From assembly GCA_034423035.1 (NCBI GenBank), contig DAOUJF010000025.1:64349-128348 (forward strand): DNA of 64,000 bases, given 5' to 3'. Both the position numbers and the translations under genes were made by a program. How positions within the stretch are numbered: the stretch's first letter is position 1; each line of letters opens with the position of its first letter. This DNA is from Dehalococcoidia bacterium. Its GTDB lineage: Bacteria > Chloroflexota > Dehalococcoidia > Lucifugimonadales > VXLM01. The notes under the pieces were generated by a model, which was not told the origin of the DNA, did no database searches, and saw only the letters and a list, made by a program, of their open reading frames with translations. Shown here in pieces: positions 16,745 to 27,746 of this stretch.

Positions 16745-16886
16745 GTGTAAATATTAGCACGCGAGCAGTTCGACTATCAAACGTGAGGTTAAGTGTCTTC
16801 AACGACCACGTCTACCTTCGACATCGTTTGACGCTCCATCAAACCGACCCTATACTCGCTCCAGATGTGATTGTCAGGAGGCCAGC

Positions 16887-17690
16887 ATGGCGAGTTTCGA
16901 GGGCAAGGTTGTCATCATCACGGGGGGCGCGCTCGGCATCGGGCAGGCTACGGCGTGGGAGTTTGCTAAGGAGGGAGCGAAGGTCGTTGTTGCGGACGTG
17001 GATCGCGAGGCGGGAGAGTCGACCGTGTCCGAGATCGAGCGTCTCGGAGGGGATGGTCTGCTCCTCGAGGCTGATGTGATGGACTCGGCGGACTGCAGGC
17101 GCGTTGTCGAGGCGACGGTCGACCGGTTTGGTGGAGTGGACATTCTCTTCAACAACGTCGGCATTCAGCCGCCCGCGTCATATACGAACGTCGAGGACAC
17201 GTCCGAGGAGATGTGGGACCGCATCATCGGTGTGAATCTCAAGAGCTGCTTTCTCATGTCGAAGTACGCGATTCCTGAAATGCGTAAGCGTGGGGGCGGC
17301 GTGATCATCAACACGGCCAGCGTTCAGGGGCTGCAGTCCCAGCCGCTCGTGCCCCCATACGCCGCGAGCAAGGGCGGCATACTCTCCCTCACTCGTCAGA
17401 TGTCGCTCGACTATGCGAAGGACAACATTCGCGTGCTGGCAGTCTGTCCCGGCAGCATCGACACGCCCATGCTTCGCGCCGCTGCGGGGGTGGCCGGTGG
17501 AGACCCCAACGACGTGGTCGACGCATGGGGAGCGGCCCATCCCATCGGCAGGGTGGGAACGGGACAGGATATCGCGAATGCCGTGCTCTTCCTCGCCAGT
17601 GACAAGGCCAGCTTCATGACCGGCGAGAACGTCAACGTGGACGGGGGCTACATGGCGCTGGGCGCGTGGGCGACGGCAGCGAGGGAGTGA
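16887..17690 (+). CDS. short-chain dehydrogenase/reductase (SDR)
   Basis: TGGALGIGQATA cofactor motif, NNVG, and catalytic YAASKGG. Confidence 0.85.
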   Translation: MASFEGKVVIITGGALGIGQATAWEFAKEGAKVVVADVDREAGESTVSEIERLGGDGLLLEADVMDSADCRRVVEATVDRFGGVDILFNNVGIQPPASYTNVEDTSEEMWDRIIGVNLKSCFLMSKYAIPEMRKRGGGVIINTASVQGLQSQPLVPPYAASKGGILSLTRQMSLDYAKDNIRVLAVCPGSIDTPMLRAAAGVAGGDPNDVVDAWGAAHPIGRVGTGQDIANAVLFLASDKASFMTGENVNVDGGYMALGAWATAARE

Positions 17691-17722
17691 CTCTCACCGC
17701 AGAGGGCGCGGAGAGCACAGAG
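17691..17722. repeat. REP family 6 copy
   Basis: ctctcaccgcagagggcgcggagagcacagag. Confidence 0.55.
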
Positions 17723-17810
17723 TTAGGAGAGAGGACAGTATTGCGTAGAAAATAGGGCAGAGTGGTGGCGGAAACCAGTATCCGGCACGGCCTCTAAACA
17801 TGAGTGGAGC

Positions 17811-17842
17811 GTTCACCCTTCGACAGGCTCAGGGTGAACGGA
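17811..17842. repeat. REP family 1 perfect palindrome between the convergent SDR and dnaJ genes (possible bidirectional terminator)
   Basis: GTTCACCCTtcgacaggctcAGGGTGAAC. Confidence 0.65.
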
Positions 17843-17864
17843 AATGTGCCACCCTCTGCGAGAA

Positions 17865-19001
17865 CTACTCGTCCGCTCCAAGGCTTTGCTTGAGCTTGTC
17901 GAACCAGCCATCGGGCCTGTCATCGTAGGGGATGGAGCCGTCGTCGAAGGTCTCGGCAAGCTGCATGAGCAACTCCCGCTGCTCGTCGGTTAGGGACTTG
18001 GGAGTCTCGACGATCACAGTTACGAGTTGATCGCCCCTTGCCCGTCGATTGTTCAGGTGAGGAATGCCCTTGCCTCGGAGTCGTATGACGTCGCCGGACT
18101 GCGTTCCCCGGGGGATCTCAATCTCTTCGCCACCATGTAGGGTCGGCACGTCGAGAGTCAGTCCGAGCGCTGCCTGGGCGATGTTGATGTGCTGTAGGTA
18201 GACGATGTCGTACCCTTGTCGTTTGAAGAGCTTATGGTTGCGGACTCTGACGACAACGTACAGATCGCCCGGCGGCCCGCCGTACATGCCGGGTTCGCCC
18301 TCGCCCGTGAGTCGGATCTGGGTGTTAGACTCGATGCCTGCGGGGACGGTGACCACGAGCTTGCGGTCGCGTATCTCCGTACCGGCCGCGCGGCACTCCG
18401 AGCAGGGGGCCGTGATGACTTGACCCTCCCCGCGACACATCGTGCAGGTGGATACCTGCGTGAACTGGCCGAAGATGCCCTGCTGACTTCTCCGTACCTG
18501 GCCGGTGCCGCGACACTGTGAGCACGTGTCGGGCGTGGAACCGGGCTCCGATCGCGCGCCACGGCACCGTGAGCACACCTCGTGGCGACGGACCTCGATC
18601 TCCTCTTCGGCTCCGAAGACCGCCTTCTCGAAGTCGACGTTGATATCGATCTGGAGGTCGGCCCCACGTCGCGCGGAAGTGGGCGATCGGCGGGTTCCAC
18701 CGCCGAAGAAGGCGTCGAAGATGTCCCCGAAGCCTCCGAAGTTATCGAATCCCTCGAACCCTCCGCCGTTCGCGTTGACTCCGGCGTGGCCGAACGTGTC
18801 GTAGCTGCTGCGCTTCTTGGAATCGCTGAGCACCTGGTAGGCCTCGTTGATCTCCTTGAAACGCTCGCTCGCCGCCGCATCCTTGTTGCGGTCGGGGTGG
18901 TACTCCATGGCGAGCTTGCGGAACGCCTTCTTGATGTCCTCGTCGGAGGCGCCCCGGCTCACTCCCAGCACTTGGTAGTAGTCGCGTTTGCTAGTAGTCA
19001 T
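17865..19001 (-). CDS. dnaJ: molecular chaperone DnaJ
   Basis: J domain ([33 protein letters not shown]), G/F region and four CxxCxGxG zinc-finger repeats. Confidence 0.95.
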   Translation of the reverse strand: MTTSKRDYYQVLGVSRGASDEDIKKAFRKLAMEYHPDRNKDAAASERFKEINEAYQVLSDSKKRSSYDTFGHAGVNANGGGFEGFDNFGGFGDIFDAFFGGGTRRSPTSARRGADLQIDINVDFEKAVFGAEEEIEVRRHEVCSRCRGARSEPGSTPDTCSQCRGTGQVRRSQQGIFGQFTQVSTCTMCRGEGQVITAPCSECRAAGTEIRDRKLVVTVPAGIESNTQIRLTGEGEPGMYGGPPGDLYVVVRVRNHKLFKRQGYDIVYLQHINIAQAALGLTLDVPTLHGGEEIEIPRGTQSGDVIRLRGKGIPHLNNRRARGDQLVTVIVETPKSLTDEQRELLMQLAETFDDGSIPYDDRPDGWFDKLKQSLGADE

Positions 19002-19146
19002 GTTTCCAAGAATTGGACGGATTCGACCTCATTATAGTTGCTGAGTATTGACCGCTACAAGTTTGATTCAGTTCAGAAAACGCGAAAGGCGCGCACCTTT
19101 CTTCAAGCGCGTCCGGCCGACTGGGCTCCGGCCTTACTCTGGTATC

Positions 19147-19863
19147 ATGTTGCCCCTAATGATTCGCGCAGTCCTCTTCGACGTTTACGGCACAATCGCC
19201 GGTTGGAGTCCGTCCCGCTTCCAGCTTCAGAAACAGGCGTGCGCCGCCTTTGGGCACGGAGACGCGGTCACTCCCGAGGGCATCCTGAAGGGATACGCGA
19301 GCGCGGACGCCTTCATGGCTGCTGAGAACGCGGCACGTCCATTGCGACTGCGCGATCAGAAGGGCACGGACGAATTCTTCGCCGAGTACGAACGCCTCGT
19401 CCTCAAGGGGTGCGGGATTGATGTCTCACTCGAACTCGCCTCGAGTATATTCAACCGGCTCCGTGAGATGCCCTCGAAGCTGGCGCCGTTCGACGATGTT
19501 CTGCCCGCGCTGATTGTCCTCAGGGAGCGAGGTCTGACTCTTGGTGTCATTTCCAACATGAACATGAGTGGGGCAGACCTGTTGAGTGATTTGGGACTTG
19601 CCAGTCACGTGGACTTTGCGGTGACATCCGGGGAGATTGGAGTCGAGAAGCCCAATCCGCTCGCCTTTCAGACCGCGTTGGAGCGGGCGGGTGTCGGGCC
19701 GGGTGAGGCCCTGATGGTCGGTGATCAGCCCGGTTCGGACATCGAGGGGGCGGCTCGTGTGGGAATAGCCCCTATCCTCATTGACCGGGACGGCAACTTG
19801 CCGGACTACGACGTTTGCCCTCGGATAACCTCGCTGGAGCAGCTGCCGCCGCTGGTCTCGTAG
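19147..19863 (+). CDS. HAD-superfamily hydrolase
   Basis: Motif I VLFDVYGTI, motif II ISNMN, motif IV VGDQPGSDIEGA. Internal ATG at 19147 preferred over 19048. Confidence 0.7.
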   Translation: MLPLMIRAVLFDVYGTIAGWSPSRFQLQKQACAAFGHGDAVTPEGILKGYASADAFMAAENAARPLRLRDQKGTDEFFAEYERLVLKGCGIDVSLELASSIFNRLREMPSKLAPFDDVLPALIVLRERGLTLGVISNMNMSGADLLSDLGLASHVDFAVTSGEIGVEKPNPLAFQTALERAGVGPGEALMVGDQPGSDIEGAARVGIAPILIDRDGNLPDYDVCPRITSLEQLPPLVS

Positions 19864-19870
19864 GAAGGGT

Positions 19871-22066
19871 CTAACCGATGATGCGTGAGACGCTCAGGAC
19901 GCCGACGACGCCCTCCATCTTGGAGAAGAGACGATTCAACTGCTCGATGTTCTCGATGGTTACGGTCAGGTTGATGATGCTGAGGTCATCTTCCTGTCCG
20001 CCGGTGATGGACTGAACGATGTTCACACCTTCATCGGCCACCAGTGATGTCACGTCGCTCAGCAGACCCACGCGGTCCCATGACTCCACGCGAATTTGAA
20101 CGGGATAGAGCGTCCTGGTCTTGCCCCAATCGACCTCGACCAGCCGTTCGCTCTCGCTCTCACGCATGATGTTCGGGCAGGTGCGCCGATGCACCGTGAT
20201 GCCGCGCCCCCTGGTGATGTAGCCGATTATCGCGTGGCCGCCGATGGGATTGCAGCACCGTGCCATCCGGGTGAGGAGGTCTCCGACGCCCAGCACCTCG
20301 ATGCCGGACTCCGGTTCCGGGAGCGAGACGGGCGTCGCCGTCTCGTCTTCCGGCGGCTCGTCGACGAGCGCTGTCAGTTTGCCGACCACCTGGCGCATGG
20401 AGAGTGAGCCGTTCCCCAGTCCCACGAAGAAGTCCTCGAGGTTTGCGTAGCCCATGAGCTCGGCTATCTCTTCCTCGCTCATCGTCGTGTCGAGGCGGCG
20501 GAACTCCCGGGTGAACACCTCGCGGCCCGTCTGCACGCTCGCCCTTCGCTCCTGGCGATTGAACCACTGTCGCACCTTCGACCGGGCGTGGCTCGTCTTG
20601 AGGTATCCCTTGTTTTCGTTCAGCCAGTCGCGACTTGGGCCCCGGACCGTCTTGCTGGTAACGATCTCGACCATGTCGCCGATCTCCAACTGGTGCTGGA
20701 GCGGCACGAGCTTGCCGTTTACCTTCGCGCCGATGCACCGGTGCCCGACATCCGTGTGAACGCGGTATGCGAAGTCGACGGGGGTCGCCCCTACAGGCAT
20801 CTCTTTCAGATCTCCCTTGGGCGTGTAGACATAGACCTGGTTCTTGAAGATGTCCGTCTTGAAGCTCTCGACGAAGTCCTCGGCGCCGGCCACCTCGCGC
20901 TGCCATTCCAGGATCTGACGCAGCCACGTCATCTTCTCCTCGAACGACTGGTCGTCCGAACTGCCCTCTTTGTAGAGCCAGTGGGCCGCCACTCCGTACT
21001 CCGCTAGCTGGTGCATCTCGCCGGTCCGTATCTGAATCTCCACCGGAGCGGCGTCCTCGCACAGCACGGCAGTGTGGAGCGACTGGTACATGTTGTCCTT
21101 CGGACTGGCGATGTAGTCGTCGAACTCCCCCTGGAGCGGCCTCCACTTCGCATGTACGACGCCCAGCGCCGCATAGCAATCGCCAACGTTATCGACGATC
21201 ACCCGCAGGGCGAACAGGTCGTTGATGTCGTTGACCGTCCTGTTCAGCGCCGCGTACTTTTGGGTCTTGCGATGGATGCTGTAGATGTGCTTCGGGCGGC
21301 CCGTCACCTGGGCCTTTACTCCCGCGGTTTCCAGCTCGTCTTCAAGTATGCTCACCACGCGTTCGATGTAGACCTCTCGCTCGCCTCGCTTGGAGGCCAG
21401 CATTCGCGAGATCATGCGGTACTCGTCCGGGTTCATGTGCTGGAACGCAAGGTCCTCCAACAGCCACTTGAATTCCCACATGCCGAGCCGGTGGGCGAGC
21501 GGCGCGTAGATGTCCAGCGTCTCCTGCGCTATGGCACGCTTCCGGACCTCCGGCATGGAATCGAGCGTTCGCATGTTATGGAGACGGTCCGCAAGCTTGA
21601 TCATGACGACCCGAACGTCCTCGGCCATGGTCATCAGCATCTTGCGAATGCTCGCCGCGCGCGCTGCCTCGTTGGCGTTCTGCAACGGGCGGATCTCATC
21701 CTCGACGCCTATGTTCAGCATCTCGGTCTGAGTGAGCTTCGTCACGCCGTCGACGAGCTTGGAGACCTCTTCCCCAAAACGCTTGGACACCTCGTCCTGC
21801 GTTACTGAAGTGTCCTCGACCACGTCATGCAGGAGAGCCGCCGTGAGTGCGGTCTGGTCGAGATGCAGGTCGGCCAGGTAGAGGGCCGTGTTGAGGGGGT
21901 GTTCGATGAATGGCTCGCCGGACTTGCGGAACTGACCGTCGTGAGCTTCCGAGGCGAACCGGTAGGCCTCCTGAACGGCGGCCACTTTGTCGGGCGGAAG
22001 GTACTCGCCTGCCTTGTCGAGCAGGAGGTCGATGAGACCCGAACTCCGCACGTCTTGAACGGTCAT
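19871..22066 (-). CDS. relA: bifunctional (p)ppGpp synthetase/hydrolase, RelA/SpoT family
   Basis: HD hydrolase domain (HPLNTALYL...HDVVEDT), synthetase domain (YIASPKDNMYQSLHT), TGS and ACT-like C-terminal domains. 731 aa. Confidence 0.95.
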   Translation of the reverse strand: MTVQDVRSSGLIDLLLDKAGEYLPPDKVAAVQEAYRFASEAHDGQFRKSGEPFIEHPLNTALYLADLHLDQTALTAALLHDVVEDTSVTQDEVSKRFGEEVSKLVDGVTKLTQTEMLNIGVEDEIRPLQNANEAARAASIRKMLMTMAEDVRVVMIKLADRLHNMRTLDSMPEVRKRAIAQETLDIYAPLAHRLGMWEFKWLLEDLAFQHMNPDEYRMISRMLASKRGEREVYIERVVSILEDELETAGVKAQVTGRPKHIYSIHRKTQKYAALNRTVNDINDLFALRVIVDNVGDCYAALGVVHAKWRPLQGEFDDYIASPKDNMYQSLHTAVLCEDAAPVEIQIRTGEMHQLAEYGVAAHWLYKEGSSDDQSFEEKMTWLRQILEWQREVAGAEDFVESFKTDIFKNQVYVYTPKGDLKEMPVGATPVDFAYRVHTDVGHRCIGAKVNGKLVPLQHQLEIGDMVEIVTSKTVRGPSRDWLNENKGYLKTSHARSKVRQWFNRQERRASVQTGREVFTREFRRLDTTMSEEEIAELMGYANLEDFFVGLGNGSLSMRQVVGKLTALVDEPPEDETATPVSLPEPESGIEVLGVGDLLTRMARCCNPIGGHAIIGYITRGRGITVHRRTCPNIMRESESERLVEVDWGKTRTLYPVQIRVESWDRVGLLSDVTSLVADEGVNIVQSITGGQEDDLSIINLTVTIENIEQLNRLFSKMEGVVGVLSVSRIIG

Positions 22067-22176
22067 GCAGTGAGTATACCATGAGGAGATTTGAGACCCA
22101 TAATCATTTCAATGCCGCATGGGATGGAAATCGTTGACTACCGCCCGAACGACTCGTACCCTGTAGCATCGACGCC

Positions 22177-23427
22177 ATGACCTCCCTTCAGGCCCCCAGG
22201 GGCACCACCGACATCCTTCCCGATGACCAGCGCGACCGCCTCGCCGTGCAGCGCGGCTGCGCGGAGATTGCTGAGAGATTCGGCTACGCGCCCATCCTGA
22301 CCCCCACCTTCGAGGACTCTGACCTATTCCTGCGGACGACAGGCGAGTCGACCGACATCGTGCAGAAGGAGACCTACACCTTCGATGACAGGGGAGGGCA
22401 CTCGCTCACTCTCCGTCCGGAGGGCACGCCCGGCGTCTGTCGCGCGTACCTCGAAAGGGGCCTGCACAACACGCCCCAGCCGGCGCGGCTGTACTACATC
22501 ATGCCAATGTACCGGTTCGAGCGACCCCAGGCCGGACGCTTCCGAGAGTTCTGGCAGTTCGGCGTCGAGGCTCTGGGCGATTCCGACCACTCGGTCGACG
22601 CAGAGGTAATCGAGTTGGCATGGCGGGTCCTCGAATCGTTCGGCATCACCGACGTGACGCTGCTCGTCAACAGCATCGGCGACGCGGAATCGAGACCGGC
22701 GTACCTGCAAGCCCTTCGCGGCTACTTTGCACCTCACGCGGACGGTCTGTCGCAGGACGATCAGCGGCGCCTGCGCGAAAACACCCTGCGCGTGCTCGAC
22801 TCCAAGGACGACGAGGTACAGCCCCTGTTGCCCGACGCTCCCAAGAGCATCGACTACCTATCGGACGAGTCGAAGGCCCACTGGGACAGCCTCCTGTGGA
22901 GTCTTGACGCCTTGGACATACCCTACGAGATCGATCCCACGCTCGTACGCGGCCTCGACTACTACACGCGTACCGTCTTCGAGTTCGTTCCGCCCGACGC
23001 CCGTCGTCAGAGCACGATTCTGGCGGGAGGGCGCTATGACGGACTTATCGAGGAACTTGGAGGTCAGCCCACTCCCGGCATCGGGTTCGCCATGGGAATC
23101 GAGCGCGTTGTCGCCGAGGCCAAGAAGCGGGGCACGCTCACCCCTCCGGAGAAGCGAACGACGGTCCTGGTCGCCCATATCGGCGACGCCGCCAAAGCGT
23201 CCGGGCTTCAACTCGCGTCGGAACTCCGTCGCGCGGGCTACGCCGCCGTGCTTGGCCCTCCACGCGGACTGCGGAGCCAGCTAAGGTACGCAACATCAAT
23301 CGACGCCACCCACGCCGTCATCATCGGCGACGACGAGATCGCCAATGACACCGTCGTCCTGCGGGATTTGTCTCAAGGGGAGCAGTCCGAGGTTCCGCGA
23401 GGGCAACTGATAGAGTCGCTGGGGTGA
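22177..23427 (+). CDS. hisS: histidine--tRNA ligase
   Basis: Class II aaRS motifs (GTTDILPD, YRFERPQAGRFREFWQFG, GGRYDGL) and an anticodon-binding C-terminal domain. Confidence 0.95.
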   Translation: MTSLQAPRGTTDILPDDQRDRLAVQRGCAEIAERFGYAPILTPTFEDSDLFLRTTGESTDIVQKETYTFDDRGGHSLTLRPEGTPGVCRAYLERGLHNTPQPARLYYIMPMYRFERPQAGRFREFWQFGVEALGDSDHSVDAEVIELAWRVLESFGITDVTLLVNSIGDAESRPAYLQALRGYFAPHADGLSQDDQRRLRENTLRVLDSKDDEVQPLLPDAPKSIDYLSDESKAHWDSLLWSLDALDIPYEIDPTLVRGLDYYTRTVFEFVPPDARRQSTILAGGRYDGLIEELGGQPTPGIGFAMGIERVVAEAKKRGTLTPPEKRTTVLVAHIGDAAKASGLQLASELRRAGYAAVLGPPRGLRSQLRYATSIDATHAVIIGDDEIANDTVVLRDLSQGEQSEVPRGQLIESLG

Positions 23428-23526
23428 TTCTGGTCCATCGCTCGTAGGGGATTGGAGTCAGTGGCTACCTTCTGTTGACGCTTTCCGTCACTCACGCGAA
23501 AGAAGATCCTTTTGTAACACCAACAC

Positions 23527-23571
23527 CTGTCATTCCGAACGCAGCAAAGCGAAGTGAGGAATCCAAAATCC
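23527..23571. repeat. REP family 5 (GTCATTCCGAxCG..GCGAxG.GAGGAATC.AAAATCC)
   Basis: ctgtcattccgaacgcagcaaagcgaagtgaggaatccaaaatcc. Also within 43700-43735 and 44165-44205. Confidence 0.65.
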
Positions 23572-23726
23572 TCGCCCTCTGCCGTCAGTCCACTATGGCA
23601 ATGGCGCAATTGGAGAGACCTTCAAACCTGGCCTGTCGTCCCTCCCCCAAGTACAATCGAAAGTGCAAGCTAAACAGTTACCCATGAACCACCTCTAGAT
23701 CGCGTCGGAAACTCCCAGGAACACCC

Positions 23727-24116
23727 ATGCCAAACGCCACTATCGAAGTACGTCGGCGATATACCCCAACGGAAGAGTCTGGCATCATCGACGCCGTTCA
23801 CGCCGCCATGATGCAAGGCCTCAAGATTCCGGAGTGGGACAAGACCGTTCGCCTGGTCGTGCATGAGCCGCACCGCTTTCCGAGCACGCCTGAGAAAGGC
23901 GAGCGATACACCCTCGTCGATATCGACCTCTTCTCCGGACGGTCAATCAAGGCGAAGAAGGCCCTCTATCAAGCAATAGTCAGGAACCTTGAACCGTTCG
24001 GCATTCCCGGAGACCAGATCAAGATACTATTGCGGGAAAGTCCAGCCGAGAATTGGGGCATCCGTGGCGGCATTCCGGCCTCCGACGTAGACTTGGGCTT
24101 TGAAGTCAGTGTCTAA
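23727..24116 (+). CDS. tautomerase-family protein (Tautomerase_2-like)
   Basis: Met-Pro N-terminus (catalytic Pro1), about 129 aa, NWGIRGG near the C-terminus. Confidence 0.65.
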   Translation: MPNATIEVRRRYTPTEESGIIDAVHAAMMQGLKIPEWDKTVRLVVHEPHRFPSTPEKGERYTLVDIDLFSGRSIKAKKALYQAIVRNLEPFGIPGDQIKILLRESPAENWGIRGGIPASDVDLGFEVSV

Positions 24117-24255
24117 TCCCATTTGCACAGCCTCAGCTGGCTAATCGCGTATAACTCCGCGTTCTCCCCGCCCTCCGTGCCAACCTTCCCCAGTTCTGGC
24201 ACCAGCACGCCGTTTGTGCAACACTGCACCCCATACTCCCAACGAAGGAACCCCC

Positions 24256-25113
24256 ATGCCCGACTCACTCGATGATCTCCTGGAACACCTCGACACAACG
24301 CCCCTGACCACCGGCCACGGCTTCACCGAGGGCCCCGTGTGGCATCCTGACGGGTACTTCCTCTTCACCACCGCGCCCTACGTCTACCGCCTAGATGTCG
24401 ACTCCGGCGAATTGACCGTCCTTCGCGACAGCCCCGCCGGCTCAAACGGCATGACCCTCGATCTCGACGGCCGCCTCGTCATGTGCGACGGCGAGCACCG
24501 CAGCGTCACGAGAATGGACCCCGACGGCGCAATCGTCCCCGTCGCCGCGTCGTGCGAAGGACGCCCCCTCAACAAGCCCAACGACGTCGTCTTTCGCTCC
24601 GACGGCACCATGTACTTCACCGACCCCGGCGCATGGCCGAACCACACGCCGAGCGCCCTCCTGTACGAGAATTTCGTGTACGGTGTGACGCCCAGAGGCA
24701 GGGTCTTCGAAGCTGCTCCCTTCGAGTACCCCAACGGCATCGCCTTCTCGCCCGACGAGAGCACCCTCTACGTCACCAACACCCGCCACCACAAGCACAT
24801 CAGCGCCTACGACGTTGCCCCCGACGGCACGCTCTCCAACCGCCGCGTATTCGCCGAGCTTCCCCAAGACGGCGATCCCGGTGTCCCCGACGGCATCAAG
24901 GTAGACGTGGACGGTCGCACCTACTGCACAGGCCCAGGCGGCGTGTTCGTGCACGGCCCCGATGGACACTTCATCGGCAAGATCCGCCTCCCCGAGCTGC
25001 CCGCCAACCTCGCGTGGGGCGACCCCGACAACATGACCCTCTACGTCACGGCCCGCACCTCCGTCTACCGCATGAGGATGAAGGTAGAAGGCACCCACAT
25101 GCCACGGTCGTAG
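24256..25113 (+). CDS. SMP-30/gluconolactonase/LRE-family beta-propeller protein
   Basis: GFTEGPVWHPDG, PNDVVFRSDGTMYFTDP, PNGIAFSPDESTLYVT, PDGIKVDVDG. ATG at 24256 is preceded by GAAGGAA. Confidence 0.75.
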   Translation: MPDSLDDLLEHLDTTPLTTGHGFTEGPVWHPDGYFLFTTAPYVYRLDVDSGELTVLRDSPAGSNGMTLDLDGRLVMCDGEHRSVTRMDPDGAIVPVAASCEGRPLNKPNDVVFRSDGTMYFTDPGAWPNHTPSALLYENFVYGVTPRGRVFEAAPFEYPNGIAFSPDESTLYVTNTRHHKHISAYDVAPDGTLSNRRVFAELPQDGDPGVPDGIKVDVDGRTYCTGPGGVFVHGPDGHFIGKIRLPELPANLAWGDPDNMTLYVTARTSVYRMRMKVEGTHMPRS

Positions 25114-25115
25114 CG

Positions 25116-25541
25116 ATGTTTCTTGCTCCCGTAGCGGTCCATCTACTGTTGATTCAGGACAGCAAAATCCTCATGCTCTGCCGGTACAACACCGGGTATG
25201 AGGACGGAAACTACAGTGTGGTCGCCGGTCACATCGACGGCGGCGAGCAGCTCAAGACCGCCATGATTCGCGAAACGCGGGAGGAGGCGGGTATCACCAT
25301 ATCCCCGGACGACCTGACCGTCGTCGGCGTGATGCACTTCAGGGAGGAGGAAGAGTACGTCTCCTTCTTTCTCCACGCCTCCCGCTACTCAGGAGATGTC
25401 GTCAACATGGAACCCCACAAATGCGACGACCTCAGATGGTTCGACCTCGACCACCTCCCGCCAAACACCATCCCCTACGTCCGCCGCGCCATCCAAAACT
25501 ACCGCACCGGCGAATGGTTCTTCAGCTTCGGCTGGAAGTGA
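25116..25541 (+). CDS. NUDIX hydrolase
   Basis: Nudix box GHIDGGEQLKTAMIRETREEAGI. In-frame internal ATG of the long 24483 ORF. Confidence 0.8.
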   Translation: MFLAPVAVHLLLIQDSKILMLCRYNTGYEDGNYSVVAGHIDGGEQLKTAMIRETREEAGITISPDDLTVVGVMHFREEEEYVSFFLHASRYSGDVVNMEPHKCDDLRWFDLDHLPPNTIPYVRRAIQNYRTGEWFFSFGWK

Positions 25542-25557
25542 CCAACCCTATACCCCC

Positions 25558-25700
25558 CGTTCGCGGGCTGAGCCCGTCGAAGGCCCTCTTATCCCCTCTC
25601 CCGTCGTGGGAGAGGACTAGAGCCTGCCCCGTTGCAGAACGGGGGTGAGGGTGAATCCCCTCTCCCCCCCTCTGCGATCTCCCCGCCCTCTTCGGTGAAT
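25558..25700. repeat. composite REP cluster (families 1, 2 and 6)
   Basis: gctgagcccgtcgaaggccc / cccctctcccgtcgtgggagagg / ctctgcgatctccccgccctcttcggtgaat. Confidence 0.65.
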
Positions 25701-25701
25701 C

Positions 25702-27261
25702 CTACCCATACGAAATATGCAGCCGCACCTCCGTCAGCCGCACCGCCTCGAAGTGCGGCCCCGCCCCTTTAATCAGCCGCACCAGCAGCTCATTCTCACC
25801 CTTCCTGATCGGCAGGCTTGTCACGTCGAACCGGATCACCGTTCCCTCGACGCGCCGTTCCGACATCGTCGTGTGGTACACGATCCCGTCGAACGCCGTG
25901 TACCCCCAGCCGTCCTCGGAGCGCTCCATCGACGACCATGCCACGCCCTCGCCGTTGATCCGAACGTCCAGCTCGTCGTCCTCGTTCAGGTTGTCGAATC
26001 CCAGGTCCAATGTGCAGTTGCTCAATGTCCCGTCCGCCTTCGCCCCCTCAACGTCGTCGGCAATGTCCAGCGTCAGCGACGAGCCTCCGCCCGACTGCGT
26101 CTCCTCCATGAACACCGGCAGGGATGCCCAGGGCAGAGCGTACCGGAACGCCCCGCTGTGGAATTCCTTCCCCGATCGATCGGAGTGATCGAGCTCATAC
26201 CTCTTGTTCAGACGCGGCAGCTTCTCCCTGTCGACCATGTTGCCCAACACCCGCTTCTTCCACTCGTTCGGCGCGTTGAAGTAGTTAAACAGGTAGAAAC
26301 CGTCTACCCCCGCGTCCCAGAATCTCGCGGCCAGCGCGTAGAGCAACTCCTCGTCCAGTGCCCAGCGCAGCGCCTCTAAGCTCCCGTATATCAGGCAGTC
26401 CGTCCCCTCCGCCACCTCGACGAACTCCCGTATCGGCTGCTCGAACGGCATGAACCCTCCACCCGCCGCGACGATGTCCACCAGCCCCTCGGTAATCCAC
26501 GTCTCCACGTCCAGCCCGATGCGCTTCGAGTCGTACAGCGTCGGCGGCACCCGCACAAGCAGGTCGAGGTGCTTGCCGCGCTCCTCGCCGACCTCATCCA
26601 TCCTCTGCCTTATCCGCCGGATGAAGTCCGTCATCAGGTACCGGTTCGAATACGCCTCCTCGATCCGGAAGAACGCCGGGTGCCGGAAGTAATCGAGCTC
26701 CACCCCGGCAACGTCGAACTTCTCGAACAGCTCGAAGATGACCTTGAGCAGGTGCTCTCGTACTCCGGGAAACTTGTAGTCCACCCCGCGCGCAATCGCG
26801 AACTCCAGCGTCGGGCGCGGAATGTACTCGTTCGGCTGGCCGATCAGCCACTCGCGATGCTCCCGCCGGAAATTCCCGTGGCCCGGCGCGTCATAAGCGA
26901 CATCGTAGTGGCTGTTCATCCGCATCGACGGCAGTATGTCGATGCCCGCCTCGTGGAACTGCCGCGTGATCTCCGTAAGCGGCCCACCTGAGCTCTCGAT
27001 AAGCCCGTAGAGGTTCTTGTGCAGCCAGTAGGTCCGCTCGTCCTCGAAATGCTCGTAACCGTCACCCGTCCTCTCGCCCACCTCCGTCTCGTACTCGTAC
27101 GTCTCGCTGTTGCCCACGCACCACGACACCCCCCCAATCGGCGATCCCGGATACGTGTCGACCATCATCTCCTTGATAGTCTCCGGCGTCACCGTCGACA
27201 TCATGTTGCTCATGATCCATCCGTCGTCGTTGCTGATAATCATCCGGTTCTTGTGGGTCAT
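25702..27261 (-). CDS. glycosyl-hydrolase-like (TIM-barrel-type) protein, paralog family
   Basis: 519 aa, paralogous by eye to 29506-31137 and 2-721. No confident family name. Confidence 0.6.
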   Translation of the reverse strand: MTHKNRMIISNDDGWIMSNMMSTVTPETIKEMMVDTYPGSPIGGVSWCVGNSETYEYETEVGERTGDGYEHFEDERTYWLHKNLYGLIESSGGPLTEITRQFHEAGIDILPSMRMNSHYDVAYDAPGHGNFRREHREWLIGQPNEYIPRPTLEFAIARGVDYKFPGVREHLLKVIFELFEKFDVAGVELDYFRHPAFFRIEEAYSNRYLMTDFIRRIRQRMDEVGEERGKHLDLLVRVPPTLYDSKRIGLDVETWITEGLVDIVAAGGGFMPFEQPIREFVEVAEGTDCLIYGSLEALRWALDEELLYALAARFWDAGVDGFYLFNYFNAPNEWKKRVLGNMVDREKLPRLNKRYELDHSDRSGKEFHSGAFRYALPWASLPVFMEETQSGGGSSLTLDIADDVEGAKADGTLSNCTLDLGFDNLNEDDELDVRINGEGVAWSSMERSEDGWGYTAFDGIVYHTTMSERRVEGTVIRFDVTSLPIRKGENELLVRLIKGAGPHFEAVRLTEVRLHISYG

Positions 27262-27350
27262 ATTATCCTCTCTGGGTTGACTGTAGATTCGGAAGTATCA
27301 TAATACAAACCGGCGTCAGTACGGAGTCCGCGACGCGAGAACGACAGAAC

Positions 27351-27746
27351 ATGATCGACATCTACACCGACGGCAGCTGCATCGGGAACCCCGGTCCCGG
27401 CGGATGGGCCGCCATCATCATAGAGAATGGCGCGACCCGAAAGCTCCATGGCCGCGACAACCGCACCACGAACAACAAGATGGAGGTCCTCGCCGCGATC
27501 GAAGGCATTACGGCAACGCCATCAGGTGCCGACGTCTGCGTCCACAGCGACAGCACATACCTCATCAACACGATGACCAAGAACTGGAAGCGCAGAAAGA
27601 ACCACGACCTCTGGAGCAGACTGGATACCGAGGTCGCCAAGAGGAACGTAAGTTGGAACTGGGTGAGGGGACACTCAGGACACCCCCTCAACGAAATGGC
27701 CGACCGCATCGCAAACGCCGAGGCACGAGGGAAGACCCATGAATAA
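27351..27746 (+). CDS. rnhA: ribonuclease HI
   Basis: [58 protein letters not shown]. Confidence 0.85.
   Translation: MIDIYTDGSCIGNPGPGGWAAIIIENGATRKLHGRDNRTTNNKMEVLAAIEGITATPSGADVCVHSDSTYLINTMTKNWKRRKNHDLWSRLDTEVAKRNVSWNWVRGHSGHPLNEMADRIANAEARGKTHE

Noticed and set aside
22067-22176. T-box leaders upstream of hisS (and of serS, 58123-58290).
   Set aside because: The hisS leader is only about 110 nt. Neither region contains the conserved T-box sequence or an AGAGA/specifier-loop layout.
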